Source: an uncultured Chthonomonadaceae bacterium
GTDB taxonomy: Bacteria > Armatimonadota > Chthonomonadetes > Chthonomonadales > Chthonomonadaceae
DNA length: 64,000 nt
Reading direction: 5' to 3'
NCBI GenBank assembly: GCA_963817895.1
Contig: CAWFQB010000001.1
Span: 384,001 to 448,000 of the forward strand
The translations under genes were made by a program, and so were the position numbers. Shown one piece after another: positions 24,672 to 36,799 of this stretch (positions are counted from its first letter, which is position 1; every line of letters begins with the position of its first letter). A model generated the notes under the pieces. The model saw only the letters and a list, made by a program, of their open reading frames with translations, did not search any database and was not told the DNA's origin.

Positions 24672-26135
24672 TTATACGGCTCTTGTGAGCGGGAGTTTGG
24701 ACGCGGTTTGCGTGAGGAACGCATCCACATTGTGGGCGGCTTCGCGCCCTTCAGCGATAGCCCACACGATGAGCGATTGCCCTCGCCGCATATCTCCACA
24801 GGCATATACGCCGGTGACGCTGGAAGCATAGTTCCGGTCGGTCTTCACATTGTCCCGCTTATCGAATTCCACGCCCAGATCGGCCAGCAGACCCTCCTGT
24901 TGCGGATGTACAAAGCCAAGCGCGAGCAGCACCATGTCGGCGTCCATCGCGAACTCGGAATCGGGAACCGGTTGCATTTTGCGCTTGCCTTGCGCGTCGG
25001 GCAGGCTCCATTCCACCCGAACGCCATGCAGATGGGTAACTTTGCCGTTTTCGCCGCTGAAGTGGGTTGGTATTGATGCTCCAGTCCCGCTTGCCGCCCT
25101 CCTCATGCGCGGCGGACGTGCGCATAATCATCGGGTAGTGCGGCCAGGGCATGGTTTCGTCGCGCTCATTCGGCGGTTTGGGCATGATTTCGAACTGATA
25201 CACTTCGGTTGCGCCCTGCCGGATTACGGTTCCCAGGCAGTCCGCGCCCGTATCGCCGCCGCCCAGAATCACGACTTTTTTGCCTTCCGCCGTCAACTGC
25301 GGCCTGTCGTCCTGCCAGATTCCCGCCACCTGTTTGTTCTGCTGCGGCAGAAAGTCCATCGCGAAGTGGATGCCGTCGAGTTCGCGGCCCGTTACGCGGC
25401 AGGTCGCGCGGTTTGGTCGAACCGCCCGCCAGCACGATCGCGTCGAATTGCGCCTGCAGTTGCGCCGCCGTGATGTCCACGCCGACATTCAGCATGTACG
25501 CGAAAAGCAACGCCCTCCGCTTCCATCTGCTTCAAGCGGCGATCCAGCACCCATTTTTCCATTTTGAAGTCGGGAATACCGTAGCGCAATAGCCCGCCGA
25601 TTTTGTCGTCGCGCTCGAAAACCGTCACGGTATGGCCGGCCCGGTTCAATTGCTGCGCGGCGGCCAGTCCCGCCGGCCCGGAACCGACAACGGCGACGGT
25701 CTCTGCCCGTCCGCGAGGTCGGGCGGTTCCGGCGCGATCCAGCCCTCGGCCCAGCCGCGCATCGCAAGCGACTCTTCGATGCGCCGAATCGTCACCGGGT
25801 CCTGATTGATGCCCAGAACGCAGGCCGACTCGCAGGGCGCGGGGCACAGTTTGCCCGTAAATTCGGGGAAGTTGTTGGTGGCGTGCAGTTCGTCCAGCGC
25901 TTCGCGCCATTTGCCCCGGTACGTCAGGTCGTTCCAATCGGGAATGATGTTGCCGAGCGGGCAGCCCTGATGACAGAACGGAATGCCGCAGTCCATGCAG
26001 CGCGCGGCCTGCTTTTGGAGTTTGTCATCAGGAAACTCCTGATACAGTTCGATCCAGTCGTGCGTTGCGCTCCTCAATGGCGCGGCGCGACGGCAATTCG
26101 CGCCCGTATTTCAAAAATCCTCTTGGGTCTGCCAT
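24672..26135 (-). CDS. gltD: Glutamate synthase small subunit; multiple frameshifts
   Basis: [54 protein letters not shown] and [18 protein letters not shown]. Confidence 0.95.
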
Positions 26136-26221
26136 TCGCGTTTTTTCTCGTCCCCGTTCTTCTCGTTTCTGTTCTTCTCGTCCTCAATCGCGGATGCGCG
26201 GGATTGCGCCTGAACAGCCGA

Positions 26222-26872
26222 TTATTTCAAATTCGCAATCAGATCTTCCAGCGCCTTTTTGTTGCGTTCCGAGGCAAAGGGCTTGTCCGGGTCCGGCGGC
26301 GCGGCCCCGCCCCCGCCGCCCATCATGGCTACCGGAGCGGGACGGCCTCCACTCATCGGCGCGCCGCTACCCCCGCCCATTCCTCCACCGCCGCCGCCCT
26401 TTGCTCCGCCGCCCGCTCCTCCACCGCCGCCTCGCCCGCCGCGCTGTGGCGTTAAATCCGTGAGCATCTGCTGCTGATCGGCGGTCAGCGCTTTTTTCAC
26501 CGCGTCCAATTTGGCGGTGGCTTCAGCTTCGGGCAGGGTGTCGGCCTTCTGAATGGCTTCCATCAGGGGCAACAGTTGTTTTTTCTGCTCTGGCGTCAGG
26601 CCCTTGTTTTGCACTTTCTCCACCGTGTTCAGGCTGGATACCAGCCGGGTCAGATCACGGCCGGGATTAGGCGCGGCTGCGCCGCCTGCGCCGCCCGCTC
26701 CTCCGGGCGCTCCACCACCGCCGCCGGAGGATTTGCCCATCACCGCTGTTGAGGAAGCGGAAACAGGCTTCATTTGCATGTCGCGCGTAAAGTAGCCGAA
26801 CACGCCGCCCAGCATCAGGCAAATCAGGCCGGAGGCGACGGACGCAGGCACGTTGGGACCTTTTTTAACCAC
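26222..26872 (-). CDS. Gly-rich membrane-anchored hypothetical protein
   Basis: RBS AAGGAG with GTG start, one TM segment, LTPEQ..QL motifs and poly-Gly tracts. Confidence 0.7.
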   Translation of the reverse strand: MVKKGPNVPASVASGLICLMLGGVFGYFTRDMQMKPVSASSTAVMGKSSGGGGGAPGGAGGAGGAAAPNPGRDLTRLVSSLNTVEKVQNKGLTPEQKKQLLPLMEAIQKADTLPEAEATAKLDAVKKALTADQQQMLTDLTPQRGGRGGGGGAGGGAKGGGGGGMGGGSGAPMSGGRPAPVAMMGGGGGAAPPDPDKPFASERNKKALEDLIANLK

Positions 26873-26928
26873 GATCTTGCTCCTTTGAACTACAGAAAAA
26901 CAGTGTTGAACCCTGAATCAGTTGCGAG

Positions 26929-26957
26929 AGTATAGCCGACTGTGGCAAGCCTGTCAA
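26929..26957 (-). promoter_or_regulatory. Sigma70-like promoter
   Basis: TTGACA-17 nt-TATACT upstream of 26872 and gltD. Confidence 0.65.
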
Positions 26958-27025
26958 GAGCAGGATTGTTCAGGCGTATATGAACGAAGGTCTAACAGGC
27001 GCGGCAGGGCGCAGAATTGGCGGTA

Positions 27026-27796
27026 TCACAAAGGATTTTGATTGAGCCACTCCCGCGCGAGTGGCTGAAGTGCTGGCAGGCGGTCGGCAAATAGCTGCTT
27101 GCGCTGCGCGTTGCCGGGTCCGGCGGACGGGTGCGGCAGACTGAGAACGAGGCGATTGTGGGCGCGCAATTCGTTTGCAAGCAGGGTTTGCAGCGCGTCC
27201 GACACGCTGCGCCCCAACAGCAGTATCAGCGCCGCGCCGATGTGTGCCAGTTCTTCTTTCAGCGTGGTTTCGATATAGTGGCGCAGGACGGGCGTTTTCA
27301 GCATGTCCGGCGCGTAACCCGAATAGTTGCCACCGTTTACGAAAACCGGGTAGCGAACGGCGGCGGACGAGTGCAGCAGATGCGTATGCGTGTCGAACAG
27401 GGCCGCGCCGGATGGCGATACCAACCGCCTCGGGCACGTTTAAGGCGTCCAGCATGGCGATGAGATTGACGCGGGTTTGCCCCACCCATTGCGCCCGCCG
27501 TTTCGCTCGTTCCTGCGCTTCGTCATGCTTCATTCCCGCCCGCAAACAGTCGCGCGGCTTCCTGATACGCGAGCTGCATGGGCGCGAAACCGGGACAGAT
27601 GCCAATGCAGAACCACTTTGGCGTGCGCGTTCACCACGTCAATGGGCGAGTAGTAGATTTCCAGCAGCCCCGCCCGCGTGGTTTCCTGATGCAGCCGGAA
27701 TTGCGGCAGCAGCAGATCGGCTTTCGTGAGCGGCGCATGATTGGGCAGCGCGGCAATGGCGGGCGCAAACTGTTCAAAACGGGTGCCGAGTATCAT
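27026..27796 (-). CDS. Uracil-DNA glycosylase-like family protein; frameshifts
   Basis: Joined frames give IYYSPID.VN..AKV.L.GICPG, RVNLI.MLD, RYPVF..G.NYSG and LPHPS. Confidence 0.6.
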
Positions 27797-27805
27797 AAGG
27801 TTGCT

Positions 27806-28543
27806 TCACGCCGCGCCGCCATGCTGCTCCCGCGGAATATCAAAGGCTTGCCGCGCGAGTTCCGCCAGCGTTCGCATGTCCGGCACTTCCATATCGGGCT
27901 GCGCATTGGCGGGCGGAGTTGCGCCCGCGCCGGTTTTGCCCTGCCGCCGATTGATCCACACGGTTGCAATACCGAGCGAACGGGCGGGCGCAATGTCGTG
28001 GTACAAACTTTGAGCGACGTGCAAGACCTGCTCTTTCGGGACGCCGACATGGGCCAGCATGTACTCAAAATTGCGCGGGGACGGCTTGTAACTGCCAATC
28101 TGTTCCGCCGTCATCACTTTATCAAATGGAACCTGCAACTGCGCGGCGGTAATCGCAAACAGGTCATCATCCACATTGGTCAGCGGCATGAGTTGGTAAT
28201 GCCGATGCAGCGAACGAAGCGCGTCAACCGTATCCGCAAACGGCCTCCAACCGTCAAAGGTATCCACCAAAACATTCAGGTCGGGGTGAGCATCAAACCC
28301 GAACTCCGCGCCGAACTGTTCCACAACGTCGCGCAGCACATCTTTGTACTTCCGATACGCCCCGGCCTCAATCCGCGCCTCATAGCGCCCGTAACGTTCC
28401 AGAATCTCCTCGTCCGCCCGCGTCACGCTATGCCGTTCCAGCAGGGGCCGTAGTCCTGCCAAAATGCCCGCTTCCCAATCCACCAGCGTTCCATAACAGT
28501 CGAACGTCAGCACCTTGAATTGTCGCAGGTTCAGTGTTGTCAA
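27806..28543 (-). CDS. Haloacid dehalogenase type II (HAD hydrolase)
   Basis: LTFDCYGTLVDWE, GSYKP and LHVAQSLYHDI. Confidence 0.92.
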   Translation of the reverse strand: MTTLNLRQFKVLTFDCYGTLVDWEAGILAGLRPLLERHSVTRADEEILERYGRYEARIEAGAYRKYKDVLRDVVEQFGAEFGFDAHPDLNVLVDTFDGWRPFADTVDALRSLHRHYQLMPLTNVDDDLFAITAAQLQVPFDKVMTAEQIGSYKPSPRNFEYMLAHVGVPKEQVLHVAQSLYHDIAPARSLGIATVWINRRQGKTGAGATPPANAQPDMEVPDMRTLAELARQAFDIPREQHGGAA

Positions 28544-28561
28544 TTCTGTCTCGTAGACGAA

Positions 28562-31500
28562 TTATTTGACGCCGGCAGGCATCTGGTCGGCTACGTCTTC
28601 CTTGCCGCCCGCTTTGGCGGCGGCGAGTTCCTGCTGTATCTGGCGGTATTCGAGGGATACCACTTTGACGAATTGCGCCTGCGTTTCGGGCCAGTTTTGC
28701 AGCAGGGACGCGCCCCGGTCGCTGCGGGTGTACTGGACGTGCCGCTCGATCAGGGTTTTCAGTTCGGCTGTGTCGGCCTCGTCCGTGACGGCTTCGAGGG
28801 CGGTTTTGCCGCCGTTGCGGTTGCAGCGGGCGGGGAAGCGGCCTTCGGGATCCCACACATAGGCCACGCCGCCGCTCATGCCCGCCGCGAAGTTGCGCCC
28901 GACATTGCCCAGCACGACAACGGTTCCGCCTGTCATGTACTCGCAGCCGTGATCGCCCGCGCCCTCCACAACCGCAGTCGCGCCGCTGTTACGAACCGCG
29001 AACCGTTCACCCACCACGCCGCGCAAAAACACTTCGCCACTGGTTGCGCCGTACAAAAGCGTATTTCCGGCAATGATGTTCTCGGCGGGGTCGAAGGGCG
29101 ATTGGCGCGGCGGGTACACGATGATGCGTCCGCCCGATATGCCCTTGCCTAAGTAGTCGTTGGAGTCGCCTTCCAGTGTCATAGTAATGCCGCGCGCCAG
29201 AAACGCGCCGAACGATTGCCCCGCGCTGCCCGTAAATTTAAGGCGAATCGTGTCTTCCGGCAGGCCCTCCTCGCCGTATTTCAGCGCGATACGTCCCGAC
29301 AGCATGGTTCCCACGGTGCGGTTCCGGTTGTAAATGGGCAGTTCCGCCGCGACGGGAATCCCTCTGTCTACCGCGCCCTGCGAAAGCGCGATCAGATGGT
29401 AGTCCAGCGCGTCGTCAAGCCCATGATCCTGATGCTTGGCCCACGCCTGCGCGTGTTTGTCCGAACCTTCGGGCTGCGTCAGAATGGGCGTCAAGTCCAA
29501 GCCTGCCGCTTTCCAATGCTCAATGGCGCAGGTGGCGTCCAGCATGTCTATGCGGCCTACCATCTCGGCAACCGAGTTGAAACCCAGTTCGGCCATGATC
29601 TCGCGCAATTCTTCGGCCACAAAGAAGAAGTAGTTGATAACGTGTTCCGGCTGGCCCGTAAACCGCTGGCGAAGCGTTGGGTCTTGCGTCGCGATGCCGA
29701 CGGGACAGGTTCCCAGATGGCATACGCGCATCATAATGCAGCCCATCGCGACAAGCGGCGCGCTGGAAAAACCGAACTCTTCCGCGCCGAGCAGGGCGGC
29801 AATCGCCACATCGCGCCCGGTCTTCAGTTGTCCGTCCGTTTGCAGGACGACGCGCCCGCGCAGGTCGTTTTTCACCAGCGTTTGCTGCGTTTCCGCCAGT
29901 CCCATTTCCCACGGAATGCCCGCGTGTTTGATGCTGGAAACGGGCGACGCGCCCGTACCGCCGTCGTAGCCGCTGATGAGGATATGGTCGGCATGGGCTT
30001 TGGACACGCCTGCGGCAACCGTGCCGACGCCCACTTCCGCCACCAGTTTCACCGAAATACGCGCGGCAGGATTGACGTTTTTCAGGTCGAAAATCAACTG
30101 CGCGAGGTCTTCAATGGAATAGATGTCGTGGTGCGGCGGCGGGGAAATAAGGGTTACGCCGGGCGTGGTATGCCGAACGCCCGCGATATAAGCGTCCACT
30201 TTGGTTCCGGGCAGTTCGCCGCCCTCGCCGGGTTTGGCGCCCTGCGCCATTTTGATCTGCAGTTCGTCGGCATTGACCAGATAATGCGCGGTGACGCCGA
30301 ACCGCGCGGACGCGACCTGTTTGATGGCGCTGCGCCGGTTGTCGCCGTTCGCGTCGGGTTTGTAGCGAGACGGGTCTTCGCCGCCCTCGCCCGTGTTGCT
30401 TTTGCCGCCCATCCAGTTCATGGCAATGGCAAGGGTTTCGTGCGCTTCGCGGCTGATGCTGCCAAGCGACATAGCCCCGGTCACAAATCGCTTCACAATC
30501 TCCCGCGCCGGTTCCACTTCCGCAATCGGGATCGGCGTCCCCGCCTTGAAATGCAGCAAACTCCGCAGGGTCGCCAGCGCCTCACTCGTATCGTTGACGT
30601 GCCTGCTGAACTCTTTGAAGTCTTTAAATCCCGGGTGTTCGGTGTTCGGTGTTCGGTGTTCGGTATCTGTCTCCTTTTCTCCTTTTATCCTTGTATCCTT
30701 GTCTCCTTGTCTCACTGCCTGCTGCAATTTCGCCACCGTATCCGGGTTGTAGGCGTGGTGTTCGCCGAAACGCCGCCACTGGTACTGCCCGCCCGGATCG
30801 AGGTCAATGCTGCCTTTGATGTCCATTTTCGGATAGGCGTACTCGTGGCGCGACAGGGCTTCGCGCTGAATGATGTCCAGTCCGATGCCGCCCAATCGGG
30901 AGGGCGTACCCGTAAAGTAATCGCTCTGACCAGTTCTTTATCCAGACCGATGGCCTCGAATATTTGCGCGCCCCGGTAGCTTTGCAGCGTGGAGATGCCC
31001 ATTTTGGCGAACGTTTTCAGCAGGCCCTTGTTGACGGCCTTGATGAAGTTGACGCTGGCTTTGTCTACCGTAATTTCGGGCGGGAACATCTTGTCGCGCC
31101 CCATGCTGTCGAGGGTTTCCAGCGCGAGATAGGGGTTGATGGCGGACGCGCCGTAGCCGATGAGCAGGGCAAAGTGCATCACTTCCCGCGCTTCGCCGGA
31201 CTCGACGATGATGCCGACGCAGGTTCGGGTTCCTTCCCGAACGAGATGATGATGCACCGCGCTTGTCGCCAACAGGCTTGGAATGGGCGCGGTATGCTCG
31301 TCCACGCCCCGGTCGGACAAAATCAGGAAGCTGTAGCCGTCCTTTACCGCCTGCGACGCGGACGCGCACAGGTTTTCGACCGCTGTTTGCAGGGCGTCGG
31401 GACCGTCCTCCACGTCGAACCACGTCGGCAGGGTTTTGGCGTTGAACTCGCCCGTGCGAACCGCCCGCAGTTTTTCCAGCTCGAAATTGTGCAGGATGGG

Positions 31501-33218
31501 CGATTCCAGTTTGAGCATGTTGGCGTGTTGGGGCGTGGCGTCGAGCAGGTTGCCGTCGCTGCCAATAAAGTCCACAAGCGACATTACCAACTCTTCGCGG
31601 ATGGGGTCAATAGGCGGGTTCGTCACCTGCGCGAAGAGCTGCTTGAAATAGTTGTACAGCAGTTGCGGGCGGCGGGACAGGACGGCGATAGGGCGTGTCC
31701 GTCCCCATGCTGCCCAGCGGCTGTTCGCCATTGGTCGCCATCGGGTACAAAATCAGGCGAATGTCTTCCAGCGTGTAGCCGAACGCTTTCTGGCGCGTGA
31801 GCAGGGTTTTCTCGTCCGGCAGATGGATAATGGGCGGTTCGGGCAGGCTGTCAAGCGTGATACGGTTCGCGTCCAGCCACTCCTTATAAGGATGCTGTGT
31901 ACAGATTTCGCGCTTGATGTCTTCGTCATCCACAATGCCGCCGCGTTCGGGATCAATCAGGAACATGCGCCCCGGCTGCAATCGGCCTTTTTGCACGATG
32001 TGGGCGGGGTCGGTATCCACGACACCCGTTTCCGAAGCGAGAACCACAATATCATCGTCCGTGACGCAGTAGCGGGCGGGACGCAGGCCGTTGCGGTCGA
32101 GCAGCGCGCCGATCACGCGGCCATCCGTGAAGCACACGGCTGCCGGTCCGTCCCAGGGTTCCATCAGGCAGGCGTGGTACTCGTAGAAGGCGCGTCGCTC
32201 CTCGTCCATCAGCGCGTCGCCGTTCCACGCTTCCGGCATGAGCATCATCATGACGTGGGGCAGGCTGCGCCCGCCGAGCGTAAGCAGTTCAACGGCGTTG
32301 TCAAGAGCCGCGCTGTCGCTGCCGGACTTGTTGATGAGCGGAAGGAGTTTCTTGATGTCGTCGCCGAACAGGTCGGAGGAGAGCGATTGTTCCCGCGCGC
32401 TCATCCAGTTGCGGTTGCCGCGCAGGGTGTTGATTTCGCCGTTGTGGGCGATGTAGCGGAAGGGGTGCGCCAAATCCCATGTCGGGAACGTGTTGGTGGA
32501 AAACCGCTGATGCACAAGGGCGAGCGATGTGGTGGTGCGCAGGTCGCTCAGGTCGAGGAAATAGGCCGCGATCTGATGCGTCATCAGCAGGCCCTTGTAA
32601 ACGATAGTGCGGCAGGACAGGCTGTTGACGTAAAAGTAGCCCTCCTGCTCCATGCACAAGTCTACAATGGCGTTTTGTACGCGGCGGCGAATGAGGTAGA
32701 GTTTGCGCTCGAAAGCGTCCTCATCGGCGGCATTGGAACCCCTGCCGATGAAAATCTGCCGGATAACGGGTTCTACAGTTCGGGCGAGAGCGCCGATTTT
32801 GGCATGGTTGATCGGCACATCGCGCCACGCCAGAACGGTTTGCCCCTCTTCCTGTTACGACCTGATTGAAAATAGCTTCGTAAGTGGCGCGTTCGTCGTC
32901 ATTCGTGGGCAGAAACAACATGCCCACGCCGTACTCGCCGGGGGCGGGAAGCGTAACGCCCGCGCCCTGTAGCTCATCCGCGAAGAACTCGTGCGGGATT
33001 TGAAACAGGATACCCGCGCCGTCGCCCGTATCCGGGTCGCTGCCGGTCGCGCCCCGGTGTTCCAGTTTGCGCAGCACATCCAGTCCCTGCTTGATAATGG
33101 CATGGGATTTATGGCCTTTGGCGTGGGCGACAAAGCCGACGCCGCAAGCGTCATGTTCAAAAGAAGGGTCGTACAATCCATGCGCGGGGGGCAGTTGGCC
33201 GGGTTTCGCTTGTTCCAT
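28562..33218 (-). CDS. gltB: Glutamate synthase large subunit; frameshifts near 32840, 31690 and 30920
   Basis: [61 protein letters not shown] and FAAGMSGG. Confidence 0.96.
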
Positions 33219-33424
33219 TTCGCGTGAGTTTCCGTTCTCGTTCGGCAAGGCGTCAAGTGACCATACGGCTTGCCGGGAACCGGAACCAACGGGAACGCGC
33301 AGGGTGAAAAAGCAGGGTTGGCGCGGTCTGCAAGCCGTATCAGGCGTGTGTGGCCGCGCATAAGAGAGGGATGAAAAGCGCGTCTGCCACAGATTGCTTC
33401 TCGTCACATCGTTGTGAAAAGGGA
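33219..33424 (-). ncRNA. Candidate structured cis-regulatory 5' leader of gltB (riboswitch-like)
   Basis: Lies between a consensus promoter and the gltB ATG, folds into a 3-way junction by eye, has an 11-bp alternative helix, and has a paralogous copy at about 39874-39964. Confidence 0.5.
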
Positions 33425-33428
33425 AGAG

Positions 33429-33458
33429 ATTATAGCATGAATAGCGCGTCTTTGTCAA
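33429..33458 (-). promoter_or_regulatory. Sigma70 promoter of gltB
   Basis: TTGACA-18 nt-TATAAT with extended -10 TG. Confidence 0.8.
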
Positions 33459-34154
33459 AGCAGTTTTTGCAAAACACAGGGTGAACGCATCTAAAATCGG
33501 AAGGAAATATGTAGAGGCAGCGTCGAAATCATGGCAATGCAGCGCTTCCAGCCCGATGTCTCATTGTGTCAGGTTGTAAGTAGAGGCGTCGTGACCTCCA
33601 AAGCGTCAGGGCGGACGAGTATATACAGGCATCATCTTGCGCCTCCCTTCCGGGTTAGATTGTTGAGAGTTGTGTTCTTCCCATGTCCTTCCCGCTCCGC
33701 GGGTAGACGCCCAGGTTGACGCCCGAGTTGTTAGGAACTCCGAACTCTCAGCGTCCCTCCACCTGACTGATTAGTAGACGCGCGTTGCGTAATTAGACGC
33801 GCTATGTACGGCAGGAGTTCGCTTCTTGCTGTTCTTTTTTCGGCTTTTTTCTGACTTTGGCAACCAGAAGTAAAGGGGGGGAGGCGTATGTCAGGGCAAA
33901 GTCACCAGAATTTGATAGTTGTTGATTAAGTTTTGATGCGTTCGCCGCGCAAATGAAGTTTAAGGCATTGGTTTGAAAGGTGTATACTTGTTTCGTGTAG
34001 TCCTATCAACAACCTATGGACAGAAACAAGGCGCGAGATGTGGCAAACAAATCATGCCGGATAGATTGAGGTGACGTATTAAACCTGAATTGTACGCAAA
34101 CTCATTATACCCGTCGGGTTTTCGCGCATAGAATTATGGACGGTTTTTCAGGCA

Positions 34155-34186
34155 CAAAAACGCCCCGGATCGTTGTTGATCCGGGG
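34155..34186 (-). terminator. Intrinsic terminator after the PEP-CTERM gene
   Basis: ccccggatc-loop-gatccgggg followed by cgttttt. Confidence 0.7.
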
Positions 34187-34250
34187 TTGCTGGTCGGTGT
34201 CCGTATTACCTTCGTTTTCTGGACATATGTAAGTAGGCGGCTATTCTAAA

Positions 34251-34865
34251 TCATACATCTGACATAGGCCGCTTCCAGCGTCGAAGACATATAACTCCGA
34301 TGCAAGTTGTACTTAAACTTAGTAAGAAGGCCATTGTTGATGGCTCAGGCGTAGTAGTTATGACACTTGCTGAATATATCAGACTTGATGTAGAAGATAG
34401 ATTAAGATCTCCTAAAGTAGTAGATAAGGGGGAACTATAAAGCAAGTCTAGGGAGATAGGCCCTTGCGTATCAGTTAGTGTAGGAGCAGTATTGAGAGTA
34501 GTTTGCCCGGCGAACCCTGAGATAAGTTGCTCATCTGATAATCCGAGCACAAAATTATTTGCCGCGAATTGATATATAAACAGCACATCATTTATATCAG
34601 AATGACCTGACCCCACACCTGTAATTGTGAAATCAACAATACTCGAAGAGCTAATGCTCACAGGCGGTGAGACTACAACACCCGTAGTATCGCCATTGAG
34701 TGTAAAAGTGAACTCAGTATTGGCAAAGGTGGTCATGCCAAGTGACCCTGATCCTGTCCCAGATATGGTATATGTGACTGCATCAGCCTTTGCCTGCCCA
34801 CTTACACAGGCAAAGGCTAAACTGACAAAAATCAGCGCACTAAAAAACCGTCCCCAATATTGCAT
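34251..34865 (-). CDS. PEP-CTERM sorting domain protein
   Basis: Signal peptide, Ser/Thr-rich body, TPEPST, TM segment and RRWKR; low GC. Confidence 0.88.
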   Translation of the reverse strand: MQYWGRFFSALIFVSLAFACVSGQAKADAVTYTISGTGSGSLGMTTFANTEFTFTLNGDTTGVVVSPPVSISSSSIVDFTITGVGSGHSDINDVLFIYQFAANNFVLGLSDEQLISGFAGQTTLNTAPTLTDTQGPISLDLLYSSPLSTTLGDLNLSSTSSLIYSASVITTTPEPSTMAFLLSLSTTCIGVICLRRWKRPMSDV

Positions 34866-35022
34866 TATACAATGCCTCCTTAGTCATACGAAACAGTTTC
34901 GCTGCTATTATAGCTTTGTACTAGTTAGGATCTGCTTCTGATTTTAGGCCGATTTCGCCAAATTTGGCGTTCCTGGCGCGAAAATTCTATCTCGAAGGCG
35001 TTGTAACTAGCACAAGGTCTGA

Positions 35023-36620
35023 CTAATGAATCAGACCGCTATCTATCTGAGATAGCCGGTAGTACTCATGAACTTCCGAATGACCAACAAGGAATGGTTG
35101 ACCATTGAAAAAATAACTTACAGAGGTAAGATCATGCCATAGTGGGGCTACACCGCTATTGTTCTTGATGTGGTTGTTCGTCGCATTCTCTCCCCACAGG
35201 TTCAGTATATTCTCACTGGATAATAAAGAGAAGCTCGAAGCGGGTGTGTGCTGCGACCAAATATCCACTGACATAATGCCTGCGTTTGCAGGCAGAGTGA
35301 CTTCAGGGTCTTGGGCATGATCCTGAAATGTTCGGGTAGCAGCAACAGCAACTGCCGATAGTATCCCGCCAGGCAGAAACCTCGACCGAAAATCCAGCAA
35401 GTTATCTGCTGCTGTATTGGCAGGATGAATGTCAAGAAATGTTGCCTCGACATAACTTCCTGACCAAACCGGATTTTTCTCAGCAGCAATATCTTGTAAA
35501 ACTTGAGATATTACTATTGTACCACGACTGTGACCAAATAAATGGAGATCAACGAACGTCGCCAGGATGCCCAACTACCTGCAACAGTTCTTCTGCCGTT
35601 CCGGTAAGCTGAAAGTTCATGTCATCACCAGCAGAAGTTGCCAGTCCTGGAAATGGAGTTACACTATCCAACAACCATTGGTGAGTGATAACTTGATCGA
35701 AATGAGATATGTTCAGCAGATCCTTCTGCATTGCCGCCATCCAAGCTAATGTATCTGCATCCGAGAACGAGAAGCCATGCACCACACCGCCAAGTAAATA
35801 CTTGCGAAAGTATGTTGTATTGCCCGAAGTAGGATCTTCGGGAACTGTACCATCTCCGTTGGCAACAACAACTATAAATGGCTTCGCGGGATTTGGCGGT
35901 AACGGAGTTCCAGAGATGAGCTGCTCGGAATGTGTACCTTGCTTTAAGGCATCCGATGGTGGATAGATGATCTCTGTGTTAATGAGTTCAGAGTTAGATC
36001 CCTTGATGGGCATATCTGAACGATAAATGTCAAATTTCAGAGGCTGGCTAATATCCGCCCCTGAAACAGTGTAATTGACGGTCACACTCTGAGCATCTAC
36101 CGTAGTTGCTTTAGTCAAGGAGATTTTGGAGTTAGTTTTCGCATCACTGGCTACTGTTATCGAGCCAGTGAGTTTAATGTTGGAGACCTGAGTCTGATTA
36201 AATGCATCGTAGTAGAACGTAAGCCCATTATCTAAGGGCCATGTTCCTGCTACAATCAAACCATCAAATACCCCAGTTCCCTTTACTCCGAAGCCAAAAT
36301 CGCCGAACTTTCCATCAAATGTGGCACTACCCGGAGTCAATTTTTGGGTGAGACCAGGCGTAATTACATACTTGAAAGAGAAGCCAGTAGGTGCGGTAAA
36401 TGTAATTTCCAGATTCTGTCAGTGTAAGCTCTTGTCCCGCAACTGTGTCATAAGTGTAGGTGAAAAACCCTGTGAAGGTTGCACCATTTGTACCAACAAC
36501 ATTATTAAGGGTGGCTTTATACGAGACAGGCGTGGCATAGGAGGGAATTATTGCTAAAACAAACAAGGTCAAAGCAACAATAGTCCGACAATAGCCGAAC
36601 AATCTGGATAGGCTGAACAT
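35023..36620 (-). CDS. Secreted alpha/beta-hydrolase with beta-sandwich domains, paralog of 36800..38692; two frameshifts
   Basis: Joined ORFs 36327..36629, 35549..36340 and 35023..35574; VVHGF, LFGHSRG, LDIHP and GHSEVH. Confidence 0.7.
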
Positions 36621-36799
36621 AAACAACACCTCTGGCAGTATAGAACACCACCAATCATGGCAGGTATCTAATGCACTTAGAAATTCAGAAAGGGATAGGA
36701 ATTAAAACAAGGATATATATGCTAATGAATGACAAAATAGAAAGCGGCTACTAGCCATATCGTGTTATTTAACATTACACCCTAATTTGTGCCTCTACA

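Noticed and set aside
33402..33416. TCACA-N4-TGTGA and an ATGTGA mini-ORF in the gltB leader
   Set aside because: Orientation and spacing do not fit a CRP box, and neither feature is conserved in the second copy.
33460..34150. ORF 33531..33719 and short repeats (tagacgcgc twice, tgactttg/caaagtca) as a recombination site
   Set aside because: Too short and degenerate to support, and no recombinase is nearby.
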